A DNA stretch of 64,000 nt from an uncultured Acidobacteriota bacterium (lineage in GTDB: Bacteria; Acidobacteriota; Vicinamibacteria; Vicinamibacterales; Fen-181), in the NCBI GenBank assembly GCA_963727765.1, contig CAVSGZ010000013.1, forward strand, positions 559,956 through 623,955. The letters run 5' to 3'. Shown here piece by piece: positions 10,082 to 18,357 of the stretch (the stretch's first letter is position 1; the number at the start of each line of letters is the position of its first letter). The notes under the pieces are model-generated. The model had not been told where the DNA came from, did not search any database, and saw only the letters and a program-made list of their open reading frames with translations. A program made the position numbers and the translations under genes.

Positions 10082-10098
10082 CGCAACGTCAATGCCAG
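10082..10098 (-). promoter_or_regulatory. sigma54 -24/-12 promoter for fliA
   Basis: Minus strand CTGGCATTGACGTTGCG: TGGCA, GG-N10-GC spacing, TTGC. Confidence 0.75.
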
Positions 10099-10230
10099 AA
10101 CTGGACACTTGGCAAGATTGTCTCTTCGGCTGCAGCTGTTGTGCCGTCAAACGTCTGATTTTATTGTGTTTAGCAGAACACTAAAGGGCTGGCTCTTGCG
10201 TGGCTGGAGCTGTCTAGGCAGGCAATTCGA

Positions 10231-10278
10231 TGTCAAAATTTTGACAAACTAACGATTCTTGCTGTCAAAACCGTGACG
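10231..10278. promoter_or_regulatory. Tandem enhancer (UAS) boxes, GTCA-N6-TGAC
   Basis: Perfect palindrome TGTCAAAATTTTGACA (10231-10246) and TGTCAAAACCGTGACG (10263-10278), 32 bp apart and 130-180 bp upstream of the sigma54 promoter. Confidence 0.65.
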
Positions 10279-10356
10279 ACCAGTTGAGGAAATGGCTCTT
10301 TCCGGCACACCGCAATGCCGGTCGTTGTGGCGGTTGCGCAGGGCGCGCACCGGTGT

Positions 10357-10584
10357 TCAGCTGCCGGGCGGCAGGTCGTCGATCTGTGCCCGAATCTGCT
10401 TGGCCGTGCCCATCGCTTCGAGGGCGGCGGCAACGACCTGCGCCGCGCGCGATCGGTTCTTGTCCCCATCGCACTTGGCTTCGAGCAGTTCGGCGTGGGA
10501 GAGGATGACGCCGAGCTCGTTGTTCAGCCTGTGGAACAACTCGCTCAGGTCCTGGTGAACGCTTCGATCGGCGGCTGCTGCCAC
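10357..10584 (-). CDS. Stand-alone HisKA/DHp-like small protein (75 aa)
   Basis: LFHRLNNELGVILSHAELL resembles an H-box helix; GGAAGGAAG RBS before GTG. Confidence 0.7.
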   Translation of the reverse strand: MAAAADRSVHQDLSELFHRLNNELGVILSHAELLEAKCDGDKNRSRAAQVVAAALEAMGTAKQIRAQIDDLPPGS

Positions 10585-10718
10585 GGCTTCCTTCCGCGAG
10601 GCGAGAGAAACGAGTTCGCCCTGTCTATCGGCCGCATCCGGGGGAGACTGTAGAAAGTTGGTCCCGATCGGTCTTCTCTCGGCTGGCGACCTGTGTCAAA
10701 ATGTTGGCGCCCAACTAA

Positions 10719-12107
10719 ATGTCTGATACCGCTAAACATCTGCTCATCGTCGAAGACGAGGCGCCGCTGCGCGAGGTGGTGGCCGAGCGGCTGGCGGACC
10801 GCGGCTACTTCGTGGTCGAAGCCGCCAACGGCGAAGAGGCCATCGAGCGGCTGGCCGAGTTCGCCTTCGATGTCGTCATCACGGATCTCCGCCTGCCCGG
10901 CGTCGATGGCAGCAAGGTGCTCGAGGCCGCGATTGCGCGATACCCCGACATTATCGGCATCGTGGTCACCGGATACGGCACGGTGAAGGATGCGGTCGAG
11001 GCGATCAAGCGCGGCGCCACGGATTTCGTCACCAAGCCGTTCCAGTTCGACGAGCTGCTCCACGCACTCGAGTCGGCGCTCGAGCAGCGGCGGCTGCGGT
11101 CCGAGAACGCCTACCTCAGGTCGCAGCTCGAACGCCGCTACAGCTTCACCGGGATCGTCGGCCGCAGCGGGCCGATGCGCGATCTCTTCCAGCTGCTCGA
11201 GACCGTGTCGGTGACCAACAGCACGATCCTCGTCACCGGCGAGACAGGCACGGGCAAGGAGCTGGTGGCCCGCGCGATTCACCACAACAGCCTGCGGCGA
11301 AGCGGCCCGTTCGTGGCGCTCAACTGCAGCGCGATTCCCGAGACGCTGCTGGAGGCCGAGTTGTTCGGCCACGTGCGCGGCGCCTTCACCGGCGCCGTCG
11401 GCACGCGCGTCGGGCGGTTCGAGCAGGCGCACAAGGGCACGCTGCTGCTCGACGAAGTGGGGACGATGGGCGGGCCGCTGCAGATGAAGCTGCTGCGGGC
11501 GCTGCAGGAGCGCGAGGTGGAACGCATCGGCGACTCGCGGCCGATCAAGGTGGACGTGCGCGTGATCGCGGCCACCAACAGCGACCTCGCCCGGCTTGTC
11601 GCCGAGGGTCGGTTCCGCGAAGACCTCTACTACCGCCTCAACGTCATTCCCGTGAGGCTGCCGCCGCTTCGCGATCGACGCGAGGATATCCCGCTGCTCG
11701 TGCAGCACTTTCTCGATCGGTTCTGCCGCGAGTTCGCGCCGCCGCGGCCGCCGATGACCGTGTCGCAGCAGGCCATGCGCCGGCTGATGGCCTACTCGTG
11801 GCCCGGCAACGTGCGGCAGCTCGAGAACGCGCTCGAGCGCGCCGTCGCGCTCGGGGCCGGGCGCCCGCAGATCGAGCTCGTGGACCTCCCGCCGGACGTG
11901 CAGGAGCTGGGGCCCTCGCCTGCCTCCTCGGGGTTCGGGCTGCCCGAGGGCGGGATCGACCTGCAGGAGTACGTCTCGAACATCGAGCGCGCGCTGATCC
12001 ACCAGTCGCTCGAGCGCGCTGGCGGCAACAAGGGGCGCGCGGCGCAGCTGCTCAACCTGAAGCGCACGACGCTCGTCGAGAAGCTGAAGCGTCTAGACCG
12101 GGAGTGA
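10719..12107 (+). CDS. sigma54-dependent response regulator (REC-AAA+-HTH; NtrC/FleQ/FlrC family)
   Basis: Receiver with TDLRLP, GETGTGKE Walker A, GAFTGA loop, YRLNV, AAQLLNLKRTTLVEKLKR HTH (FleQ-type ending). Confidence 0.93.
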   Translation: MSDTAKHLLIVEDEAPLREVVAERLADRGYFVVEAANGEEAIERLAEFAFDVVITDLRLPGVDGSKVLEAAIARYPDIIGIVVTGYGTVKDAVEAIKRGATDFVTKPFQFDELLHALESALEQRRLRSENAYLRSQLERRYSFTGIVGRSGPMRDLFQLLETVSVTNSTILVTGETGTGKELVARAIHHNSLRRSGPFVALNCSAIPETLLEAELFGHVRGAFTGAVGTRVGRFEQAHKGTLLLDEVGTMGGPLQMKLLRALQEREVERIGDSRPIKVDVRVIAATNSDLARLVAEGRFREDLYYRLNVIPVRLPPLRDRREDIPLLVQHFLDRFCREFAPPRPPMTVSQQAMRRLMAYSWPGNVRQLENALERAVALGAGRPQIELVDLPPDVQELGPSPASSGFGLPEGGIDLQEYVSNIERALIHQSLERAGGNKGRAAQLLNLKRTTLVEKLKRLDRE

Positions 12108-12111
12108 CCGC

Positions 12112-12900
12112 ATGCCGCCTCGTTTCACGTTCTGGACGATCATCCTCGACGGGCAGCCGACCGCCTTTCGCGCAGCCGAACGAGAGGAGCTGCTGCCCAC
12201 GCTGAAACAGCTGCAGGCGAAGAACCCCGCAGCGGTCCTGAAGTGGTTTGCGCGCGGGCGGGTGTGGGAGTCGCCCGAGGAGGCGCGGCGCGTGCGCACC
12301 GAGGCGGAGACCTCGGCCCGCGAGGCGTTCCTCAAGGAGCGCCGGGCACGCGAGTGGCGGCCCGGGGGCGAGCACCGCGATCCCCGCGACAAGTTCAAGA
12401 AGGAGACGTTCCAGGCGAGGAAGCGGCGGGAGAAGAAGGCGGCGAACCTCGCGCACGCCCCGCGGCCAGACGAGGGCGCGGGGCAGGGCGGTGTCAGGCC
12501 CAAGGGACCAGGCCAGGGCGCGCCTCGTAGCGATCGCCCGCGGCCCGGTGGCTGGAACCGCGAAGGCAGCCGCCCGCCGCGACGGGATTCAGGCGGCGCC
12601 ACGGGCGGATTCCGCCCACAGGGTCGGGGACCGGATGGCCCTGGCCGCAGTCGTCCCCGCAATAAACCGTGGGGCGGGGGCGACCGCGAACGCCGGCCCG
12701 ATCGTCCGCCGCGTGAAGAGCGGCGACCGGCACCGCAGACGCCGCCGCAGGAACAAGCGCCAAAGCCCGTGGCGCCCGTCGAGCGCGTGGTGCCGCCAGT
12801 GGTTCAACCCGCCGCGTCCGAGCGAATCGTACCGCCGTTCGAGCCCGGCCCTCCGGCCCCGGCACACAAGACGAGGATGCCGCGTCTCAGGAAGCCGTAG
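12112..12900 (+). CDS. Hypothetical protein, folded N-terminus and R/G/P-rich disordered tail
   Basis: 4 nt after the upstream stop; MPPRFTFWTIILDGQPTAFRA...KWFARGRVWESPEEA; good codon bias. Confidence 0.7.
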   Translation: MPPRFTFWTIILDGQPTAFRAAEREELLPTLKQLQAKNPAAVLKWFARGRVWESPEEARRVRTEAETSAREAFLKERRAREWRPGGEHRDPRDKFKKETFQARKRREKKAANLAHAPRPDEGAGQGGVRPKGPGQGAPRSDRPRPGGWNREGSRPPRRDSGGATGGFRPQGRGPDGPGRSRPRNKPWGGGDRERRPDRPPREERRPAPQTPPQEQAPKPVAPVERVVPPVVQPAASERIVPPFEPGPPAPAHKTRMPRLRKP

Positions 12901-12907
12901 GCGAGCG

Positions 12908-12971
12908 GACTACTCAGCGAAGGACCCGATCCCTCGGCGAAGGCTCCGATTCCTCAGCGTCAGTTCCGATT
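12908..12971 (+). repeat. 20-bp tandem repeat array (3 units plus a partial), orphan copy ending at an ATG
   Basis: gactactcagcgaaggaccc / gatccctcggcgaaggctcc / gattcctcagcgtcagttcc / gatt then ATG at 12972. Confidence 0.9.
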
Positions 12972-13322
12972 ATGTTGTTCCACGTCGTCCTCTTTCGTCC
13001 CCGCACCGACCTGGGCGCCGCCGACCGGGCCAGTCTCGTGGAAGCGCTGGAGGCGGCCCTGCAGCAAGTTCCGTCCATCAGGCGCTTTCACGTCGGGCGC
13101 CGCGTGACGCACGGCGCCGGGTACGAGTCTGCCGTGCCGGCGCCGCTCGATTACGCGGCCATCATCGAGTTCGACGACCTGCCCGCGCTCCAGGCGTATC
13201 TCGGCCATCCGGCGCACGTGGCGCTCGGCCAGCGCTTCATGCGCTCGCTGGAAGCGTCGGCCATCTTCGATTACCAGATGCAGGACGTGGAGGAACTCCG
13301 TCGGCTCGCGCAGTCGGAGTGA
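12972..13322 (+). CDS. Dabb family (stress-responsive A/B barrel) protein
   Basis: HVVLF...VPSIRRFHVGR...IEFDDLPALQAYLGHPAH...IFDY pattern. Confidence 0.85.
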   Translation: MLFHVVLFRPRTDLGAADRASLVEALEAALQQVPSIRRFHVGRRVTHGAGYESAVPAPLDYAAIIEFDDLPALQAYLGHPAHVALGQRFMRSLEASAIFDYQMQDVEELRRLAQSE

Positions 13323-13335
13323 TCGGGGGACTTCC

Positions 13336-13587
13336 CTACCTGTCGTCGTGATTCTGGGCCCGCGCCACGGCGATGTCGATCGCCTCCAGGTTCGGGGCCG
13401 GCCGGGTCTTGCCCGCCGTGCCGTCGGCGCGCGCCGAGGCCGAACTCACCGTCCCCCATCCGCGCCAGCCGCACGCATGGCAGCGGTGGAGCCTCCGGTG
13501 GGTGAAGCCCTTGCGCATGCGCTCCCAGAAGTTCCGGCTTCGGGATCGGTGGATTCTCGGAGAGCCGCATTTCGGACAAGTGAGCAC
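13336..13587 (-). CDS. Small zinc-ribbon protein
   Basis: CPKCGS...IHRSRSRNFWER...HRCHACGWRGW (two CxxC). Confidence 0.7.
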   Translation of the reverse strand: MLTCPKCGSPRIHRSRSRNFWERMRKGFTHRRLHRCHACGWRGWGTVSSASARADGTAGKTRPAPNLEAIDIAVARAQNHDDR

Positions 13588-13674
13588 GAAACCTACCCTC
13601 GCAAGACGGCGCCCTGCGCGCCCGTCGGCCCTGGACGACGTCGGACCCGCTCGGGGGGAATCATAGCACTGGTG

Positions 13675-14034
13675 TCAGTCCGCCGGTCCATTGCCGGCCC
13701 CGTCATCGCCGGCCTCGCCGCCGCCACCCATCTCCTCTTCGATCGCCTGATCGAGATCCTCGCCGAAGTCCTCTCCCATCTCCCGCCCCATCTTCTTCAT
13801 GAGGCGGGCGACGCTCCTGGGATCGTTCTCGTCGATGTCGCCCATCGCCGACGGGTCGGCCAGCGACTCGAGGCGGGCGTCCTCGGACTTCGGTGATGCG
13901 AAGCGGGAGTAGAGTTTCTCGAGATCGGCGCCCCCGCACGCGCGGCAGCGCACCTCCGCGACCCGCGCTCTCGACAGGACGAGCGCCGTCGTCTTCATGT
14001 GGCAGCGTCGGCATTCGAACTCGTAGATCGGCAT
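13675..14034 (-). CDS. FmdB-family zinc ribbon protein
   Basis: MPIYEFECRRC...CRACGG...KLYSRFA. Confidence 0.85.
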   Translation of the reverse strand: MPIYEFECRRCHMKTTALVLSRARVAEVRCRACGGADLEKLYSRFASPKSEDARLESLADPSAMGDIDENDPRSVARLMKKMGREMGEDFGEDLDQAIEEEMGGGGEAGDDGAGNGPAD

Positions 14035-14046
14035 GGCGCTTGGCTC

Positions 14047-14788
14047 TCAGGATCCGATGAAGCGCTTGATCCGCGCCAGCAGGCCGTCCCGGCCCGGCCC
14101 CGCCGCAGACAGCAGATCGAGACAGGCTCCAATGCCGGCCACCGGCTCGATGCCGAGCCGCTGCGCGTTGGGCGGGATGTCCGCGAAGTCGCCACCCCAC
14201 ACCAGGATCGCACGAGCCCTGGACTCGAGCTTGACGTCGAGGCAGTTCTCCGGCCGGTCGTCGACGACGATGTCGAGCGAGAGGGCGGCGGCGACCTTGC
14301 CGCGCGAGCCCTTGATGACGAAGACACTGGGAAGGTCGAACCCGTGGGCCACCAGCCACCGCTGCGTCTGAATCTGAGTCATGTCCCCGCCGCTCGACGG
14401 CCGCTGCGTGATGAAGATCACTTCCCACTGCCGCTCCACGGCCAGCGTCGCAAGGCGGGCCACGGCGCCTGGCTCGGTCTCGGGAAGCGACTCCCAGAAG
14501 TTCCTCGTGCTCCGCACCGTCTCCCAGAATCTCGTGCTGCTGGTGCCGGGTGAGCGCACGGAACCGCGCCGGCTCGACCAGGACCTCCTCCGCTGTCGGC
14601 TGGTCATCCGGGGCGGGAGCGCTCGCATCGGCCCCGGCCGCGTCGGACGGGCCCCGGGCCCCCTCTTGCTGCGCCGGCTCCGGCTTCTCCTTCGGCGCCT
14701 CTCCAAACAGGCGCACGGCAATCTCTGCGAGGGCAGAGTCGAGATCGGCGATGACGCCATCGCAGTCGAACGCGATCCTGAGTGACAT
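14047..14788 (-). CDS. HAD-superfamily 5'(3')-nucleotidase-like protein; apparent +1 frameshift near 14528
   Basis: N-terminus RIAFDCDGVIAD in one frame; FWESL...VIFITQR...DIVVDDRPENC in another; removing one base of the minus-strand TT joins them. Confidence 0.75.
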
Positions 14789-14890
14789 GGAAAGTCCTGG
14801 GTTGGCCCGGTCCGCGGCCCGACACGCCGTGCCATGATAGCACCGCCGTCGGCGACGGCCGAAGCGCGGGTTCCGTGGCGGACGGGCTGG

Positions 14891-15958
14891 CTACGAAAAA
14901 TGCCGTGCAATCTCCCCGCGCAGCCCCGCGATCGAATCGACGTGGTTCACGGCGACGCGCAGGCGGGAGCCGCCGGGCAGACCCCTGGTGTACCAGGTGC
15001 ACAGCGCCCTGAGCTTGTTGATCACCCAGCGCTCGCGGCCGTGTGCCGGGTTCGCGTCGCGGGGTTCCCCGGCGGACTTGCGGTCGGCGTCCTCTTCCGG
15101 TCCGGTGGTGGCGGCGTCCGCCCCGTTGGCGACGTGGCGGAAGCCGGGTGATTCATCGGCCGGATCGGCGAGCAGCAAATCGATGTAGTCGAGCAGGAAG
15201 CGTCGCCGCTCGGCGGGCGTGATGGCCTGGATCGGGCGGTTCGCGGCACAGGAGGTCGCCTGGGCGAAGATCCACGGGTTGCGCAGTGCGCCGCGGCCGA
15301 CGAGCACGCCGGCCACGCCGGTTTCCTCCATCCGTCGCACCAGGTCTTCCGGCTCGACGCAGTCGCCGTTGCCCAGCACCGGGATCGACACCGCCCGCGC
15401 CACGCGCCCGATGAGCTCCCAGTCGGCGCGTCCGCTGTAGGCCTGTGCGGCAGTCCGCCCGTGCACTGTGATGGCTGATGCCCCGGCGTGTTCCAGTCGC
15501 CGCGCCAGCTCGGGCGCGTTCGTCTCGCGGTCGTCCCAGCCGGTGCGCATCTTCACTGTCACCGGGATCGAGACCGCCCGCGCCATCGCCTGTACGATCG
15601 CCGCCGCCCGTTCCGGATCGCGCATCAGGCTGCAGCCGGCGCGGTTCCTGGCGACTTTCGGCACCGGGCAGCCCATGTTGATGTCGACGGCATCGGCGCC
15701 GATCCGCTCGACAACCTGCGCCGCCACCGCCATCTTCCCGGGATCGCCGCCGAAGATCTGGACGGCGACCGGGCGCTCTTCCTCGGTGAACTCGGCGTAC
15801 TCGAGCGTCCGGTCGATCCCGCGCACGAGGCCCTCGCTGCTGACCATCTCGGTCACGACGAGGCCGCAGCCGCCGTGGCGCTTGACCAGGCGCCGGAACG
15901 CCGTGTCGGTCAGGCCGGCCATTGGGGCGAGGCCGAAGGGGGAAGACAGGGGGATCAC
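14891..15958 (-). CDS. dusB: tRNA-dihydrouridine synthase (DusB family)
   Basis: LAPMAGLTD, TEMVS, DINMGCPVPKV, VTVKMRTGW, VHGRT, GNGD, GRGALRNPWIF. Confidence 0.92.
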   Translation of the reverse strand: MIPLSSPFGLAPMAGLTDTAFRRLVKRHGGCGLVVTEMVSSEGLVRGIDRTLEYAEFTEEERPVAVQIFGGDPGKMAVAAQVVERIGADAVDINMGCPVPKVARNRAGCSLMRDPERAAAIVQAMARAVSIPVTVKMRTGWDDRETNAPELARRLEHAGASAITVHGRTAAQAYSGRADWELIGRVARAVSIPVLGNGDCVEPEDLVRRMEETGVAGVLVGRGALRNPWIFAQATSCAANRPIQAITPAERRRFLLDYIDLLLADPADESPGFRHVANGADAATTGPEEDADRKSAGEPRDANPAHGRERWVINKLRALCTWYTRGLPGGSRLRVAVNHVDSIAGLRGEIARHFS

Positions 15959-15959
15959 G

Positions 15960-16080
15960 GTAGTCGGTTACTTCGCAGAGTAGTCGGGTGTTTCACTGAG
16001 CGATCGGGGGCTTCGCAGAGTAGTCGGGGGCTTTGCTGAGTGATCGGTTGCTTCGCTGAATAGTTGGTTGGCTCGCCAAG
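15960..16080 (-). repeat. 20-bp tandem repeat array (about 6 units), downstream arm of the four-helix cassette
   Basis: Plus strand tagtcggttacttcgcagag / tagtcgggtgtttcactgag / cgatcgggggcttcgcagag / tagtcgggggctttgctgag...; reverse complement of the 16559-16783 family. Confidence 0.9.
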
Positions 16081-16103
16081 GAAATGACTCTCGCGTCAAG
16101 TCG

Positions 16104-16517
16104 TCAACTGCCCTGATGAGCTCTCGGCCATGGTGCCTGTCGTCTGTCCCTTCGGTCCGATCGGAGCAGGTAGTTGATGAGGCCAGAGAGCATGCGGAGA
16201 ATCTCCGCTCCGTCTCTGCCCAGCCTCTCGGCGTCCCCAACTGAGAGGCGGCCTCTCACGTGTGCCACCAACACGTGCGCCCTCGCTTCGGCGCACGATC
16301 CTCGCGCGATGCACAGGTAACGCGCGAAACCCCGATCCGTCCCCTGTTCAAACCCCTCCGACAGGTTCGCCAGGATGGAGTCTGCGCACGCGTCGATCTG
16401 CTCGCGGAGACGTTGGTCCTGCGACAGGCCCCCGCGGCGCACGACGGCAGAAAGCGCCTCGACAAACCGCCGCGCGGCTTGCCAAACCTGCAATTCCTCT
16501 ACTGAATTGACCTGCAT
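16104..16517 (-). CDS. Four helix bundle protein (TIGR02436 / 23S rRNA IVS protein family)
   Basis: SVEELQVWQ...LREQIDACADSILANLSEGFEQ...FARYLCIARGSCAE family pattern. Confidence 0.88.
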   Translation of the reverse strand: MQVNSVEELQVWQAARRFVEALSAVVRRGGLSQDQRLREQIDACADSILANLSEGFEQGTDRGFARYLCIARGSCAEARAHVLVAHVRGRLSVGDAERLGRDGAEILRMLSGLINYLLRSDRRDRRQAPWPRAHQGS

Positions 16518-16529
16518 GCGCGGCAGCCG

Positions 16530-16546
16530 TGCACCGCGCGTGCCAA
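16530..16546 (-). promoter_or_regulatory. sigma54-type promoter of the four-helix gene (probably near-leaderless)
   Basis: Minus strand TTGGCACGCGCGGTGCA (GG-N10-GC); ATG starts 14 nt after the GC; no SD. Confidence 0.6.
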
Positions 16547-16558
16547 GTTGCCACTCCG

Positions 16559-16783
16559 GACTACGCAGTGAAGGGTGCGACTTCTCCGCGAAGCCCCCGA
16601 TTCCTCAGCGTCAGTTCCGACTTCTCAGCGCAGGCCCCGACTTCTCGGCGTCAGGTTCGACTACTCAGCGAAGGGTCCGAATCTCGGCGAAGGCCCCGAC
16701 TCCTCCGCGAAGCCCCCGATTCCTCAGCGTCAGTTCCGACTTCTCAGCGCAGGCCCCGACTTCTCGGCGTCAGTTCCGACTAC
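16559..16783 (+). repeat. 20-bp tandem repeat array (11 units) with a 119-bp higher-order duplication; upstream arm of the cassette
   Basis: Units such as gacttctccgcgaagccccc, gattcctcagcgtcagttcc, gacttctcagcgcaggcccc; block 16579-16658 recurs at 16698-16777. Confidence 0.95.
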
Positions 16784-17274
16784 GTCAGGTACGGCTTGAC
16801 GTCCGCGGCATCCACCGTGGTGGCCACCGCCCGGCCAATCAGCTCGACCGAGAGCACGAGCCGCGCGTGCCGGTCCTTCTTGATGAGCAGGCCGGTGACG
16901 CCCTTGAGCGGGCCGTGGATCACTTCGACGCGGGACCCTTCGTTGATGAACGGGCACGGGTCGTACTGGAGGTCGCTCGTCACGAGCCGCCGCACCGCGT
17001 CCACCTCGACGTCGGGAATCGGCGCGAGCTTGCCGTCGAAGGAGACGATGGTCGCCACCCCGGTGCAGGCGAGCACGCGCAGGGCCTCGGCCGGGTCGAA
17101 GCGGGCGAAGCAGTAGCCCGGGAACAGCGGCCAGTCGATCTGCTTGCGGCGATCTTTCCAGCGGCTCCAGCGGGGCACCGTCGGCAGGAAGACCTCGACG
17201 CCTTTCCGCACGAGTTGCTCGTGGACCGCCTTCTCGGCGCGCGATCGCGTCCAGACGGCAAACCACGGCGGCAC
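16780..17274 (-). CDS. UpxY/NusG-family transcription antiterminator paralog
   Basis: WFAVWTRSRAEKAV...RWKDRRKQIDWPLFPGYCFARF NGN domain; GSRVEVIHGPLKGVTG KOW motif; GTG start 2 nt after the upstream stop. Confidence 0.88.
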   Translation of the reverse strand: MPPWFAVWTRSRAEKAVHEQLVRKGVEVFLPTVPRWSRWKDRRKQIDWPLFPGYCFARFDPAEALRVLACTGVATIVSFDGKLAPIPDVEVDAVRRLVTSDLQYDPCPFINEGSRVEVIHGPLKGVTGLLIKKDRHARLVLSVELIGRAVATTVDAADVKPYLT

Positions 17275-17276
17275 GG

Positions 17277-18335
17277 CTATTTCTTCTCCGGCGGGGGGGC
17301 GGCGGCGACAAGCGCGTCCTCCGCGACCTTCTGCTCGAAGAGCTTCTTGAGCTCCGGGTTCTTCCAGTCGAGCACGGCCTGCGCCCGGAGCTTCTGTATG
17401 TAGCGGCTGTACTCGGCCGCCTGCTTCGTGTTGGCCACGCGGTTCCCGATGTCCTCGCGCGCCTGATCCCACGGCAGCAGCGTCGGCTCGTTGAGCGTTT
17501 CGACCTTGAAGATCTGGTAGCCGCTCTGCGTCCGGATCACCGGCGTGATCTGCCCGGCTTTGAGCGGCTCGAGGATCTTCCGCAGTGCCGGCGCGAGGTC
17601 GGTCATGTTGATCGGCCCGATCAGGCCGCCGTTGGCCTTCGAGGCGGCCGTCGAGACCTCGGCCACGGCCTTCTCGAAGCTCTCGCCGCCCTGGAGCTGC
17701 TGGGCGAGCGCGTCCGCCTTGGCTTTCGCCGTCGGGTCGTCCGCGGTCGGCGACACGGGGATCAGGATCTCGCGCAGCATCAGCGTCGCCGGCGACGTGA
17801 ACTCGGCCTTGTGCGCCTCGTAGTACGCCTTCGCCTCGGCCTCGGTGACCGAGATGTGCCCGAGCACTTCGTTGCCCTGCACTTCCTGGATGATCATCGA
17901 CTTCTCGAGGCGCGCCCGCAGCTCGGCCATCGTCATGTTCTCGTTCTTGAGGGCCTGCTGAAACTGCTCTTCGGTCTCGATCTTGTTTTCCTTCTTGATG
18001 TTGTCGATGACCTGCTTGAGCTTCTCCTCGGTCAGGTGGTAGCCCAGCTCCTTGCCGCGCTGCAGGAGGAGCAGCTCGTCGACCGCCTCCACGATGACCT
18101 GGGGCGTGATCTCGGCCAGCATCTTCGTCAGTTCCGCGTTGGTCATCGACTGCGGGTTCTCCCGCCTCGCCTTGACGACCGCCGACTGCCGCGTCTCGAG
18201 ATCGCTCTGCGTGATGATGTCGTCGTTCACCTTCACGAGGACCCGCTCGATGATCTCCGCGCGCGGCACGGCCGCGCCGAGCGTGACCAGACCGAGGAGG
18301 ACGACGAGCCCGCGAGCGAGAGGATACTTGGTCAT
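17277..18335 (-). CDS. SurA/PrsA-type peptidyl-prolyl isomerase
   Basis: Signal peptide; IIERVLVKVNDDIITQSDL SurA N-domain; parvulin domain (LREILI...GESFEKA...ANGGLIG...GQITPVIRTQSGYQIFKV). Confidence 0.88.
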   Translation of the reverse strand: MTKYPLARGLVVLLGLVTLGAAVPRAEIIERVLVKVNDDIITQSDLETRQSAVVKARRENPQSMTNAELTKMLAEITPQVIVEAVDELLLLQRGKELGYHLTEEKLKQVIDNIKKENKIETEEQFQQALKNENMTMAELRARLEKSMIIQEVQGNEVLGHISVTEAEAKAYYEAHKAEFTSPATLMLREILIPVSPTADDPTAKAKADALAQQLQGGESFEKAVAEVSTAASKANGGLIGPINMTDLAPALRKILEPLKAGQITPVIRTQSGYQIFKVETLNEPTLLPWDQAREDIGNRVANTKQAAEYSRYIQKLRAQAVLDWKNPELKKLFEQKVAEDALVAAAPPPEKK

Positions 18336-18357
18336 TACACCTCGTGAACCAGTTATC

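Noticed and set aside
16104-16517. Diversity-generating retroelement (Avd-like gene)
   Set aside because: No reverse transcriptase, and no template/variable repeat pair differing at adenines, is visible in the window.
16559-16783. CRISPR array
   Set aside because: Units are contiguous degenerate 20-mers with no unique spacers, and there are no cas genes in the window.
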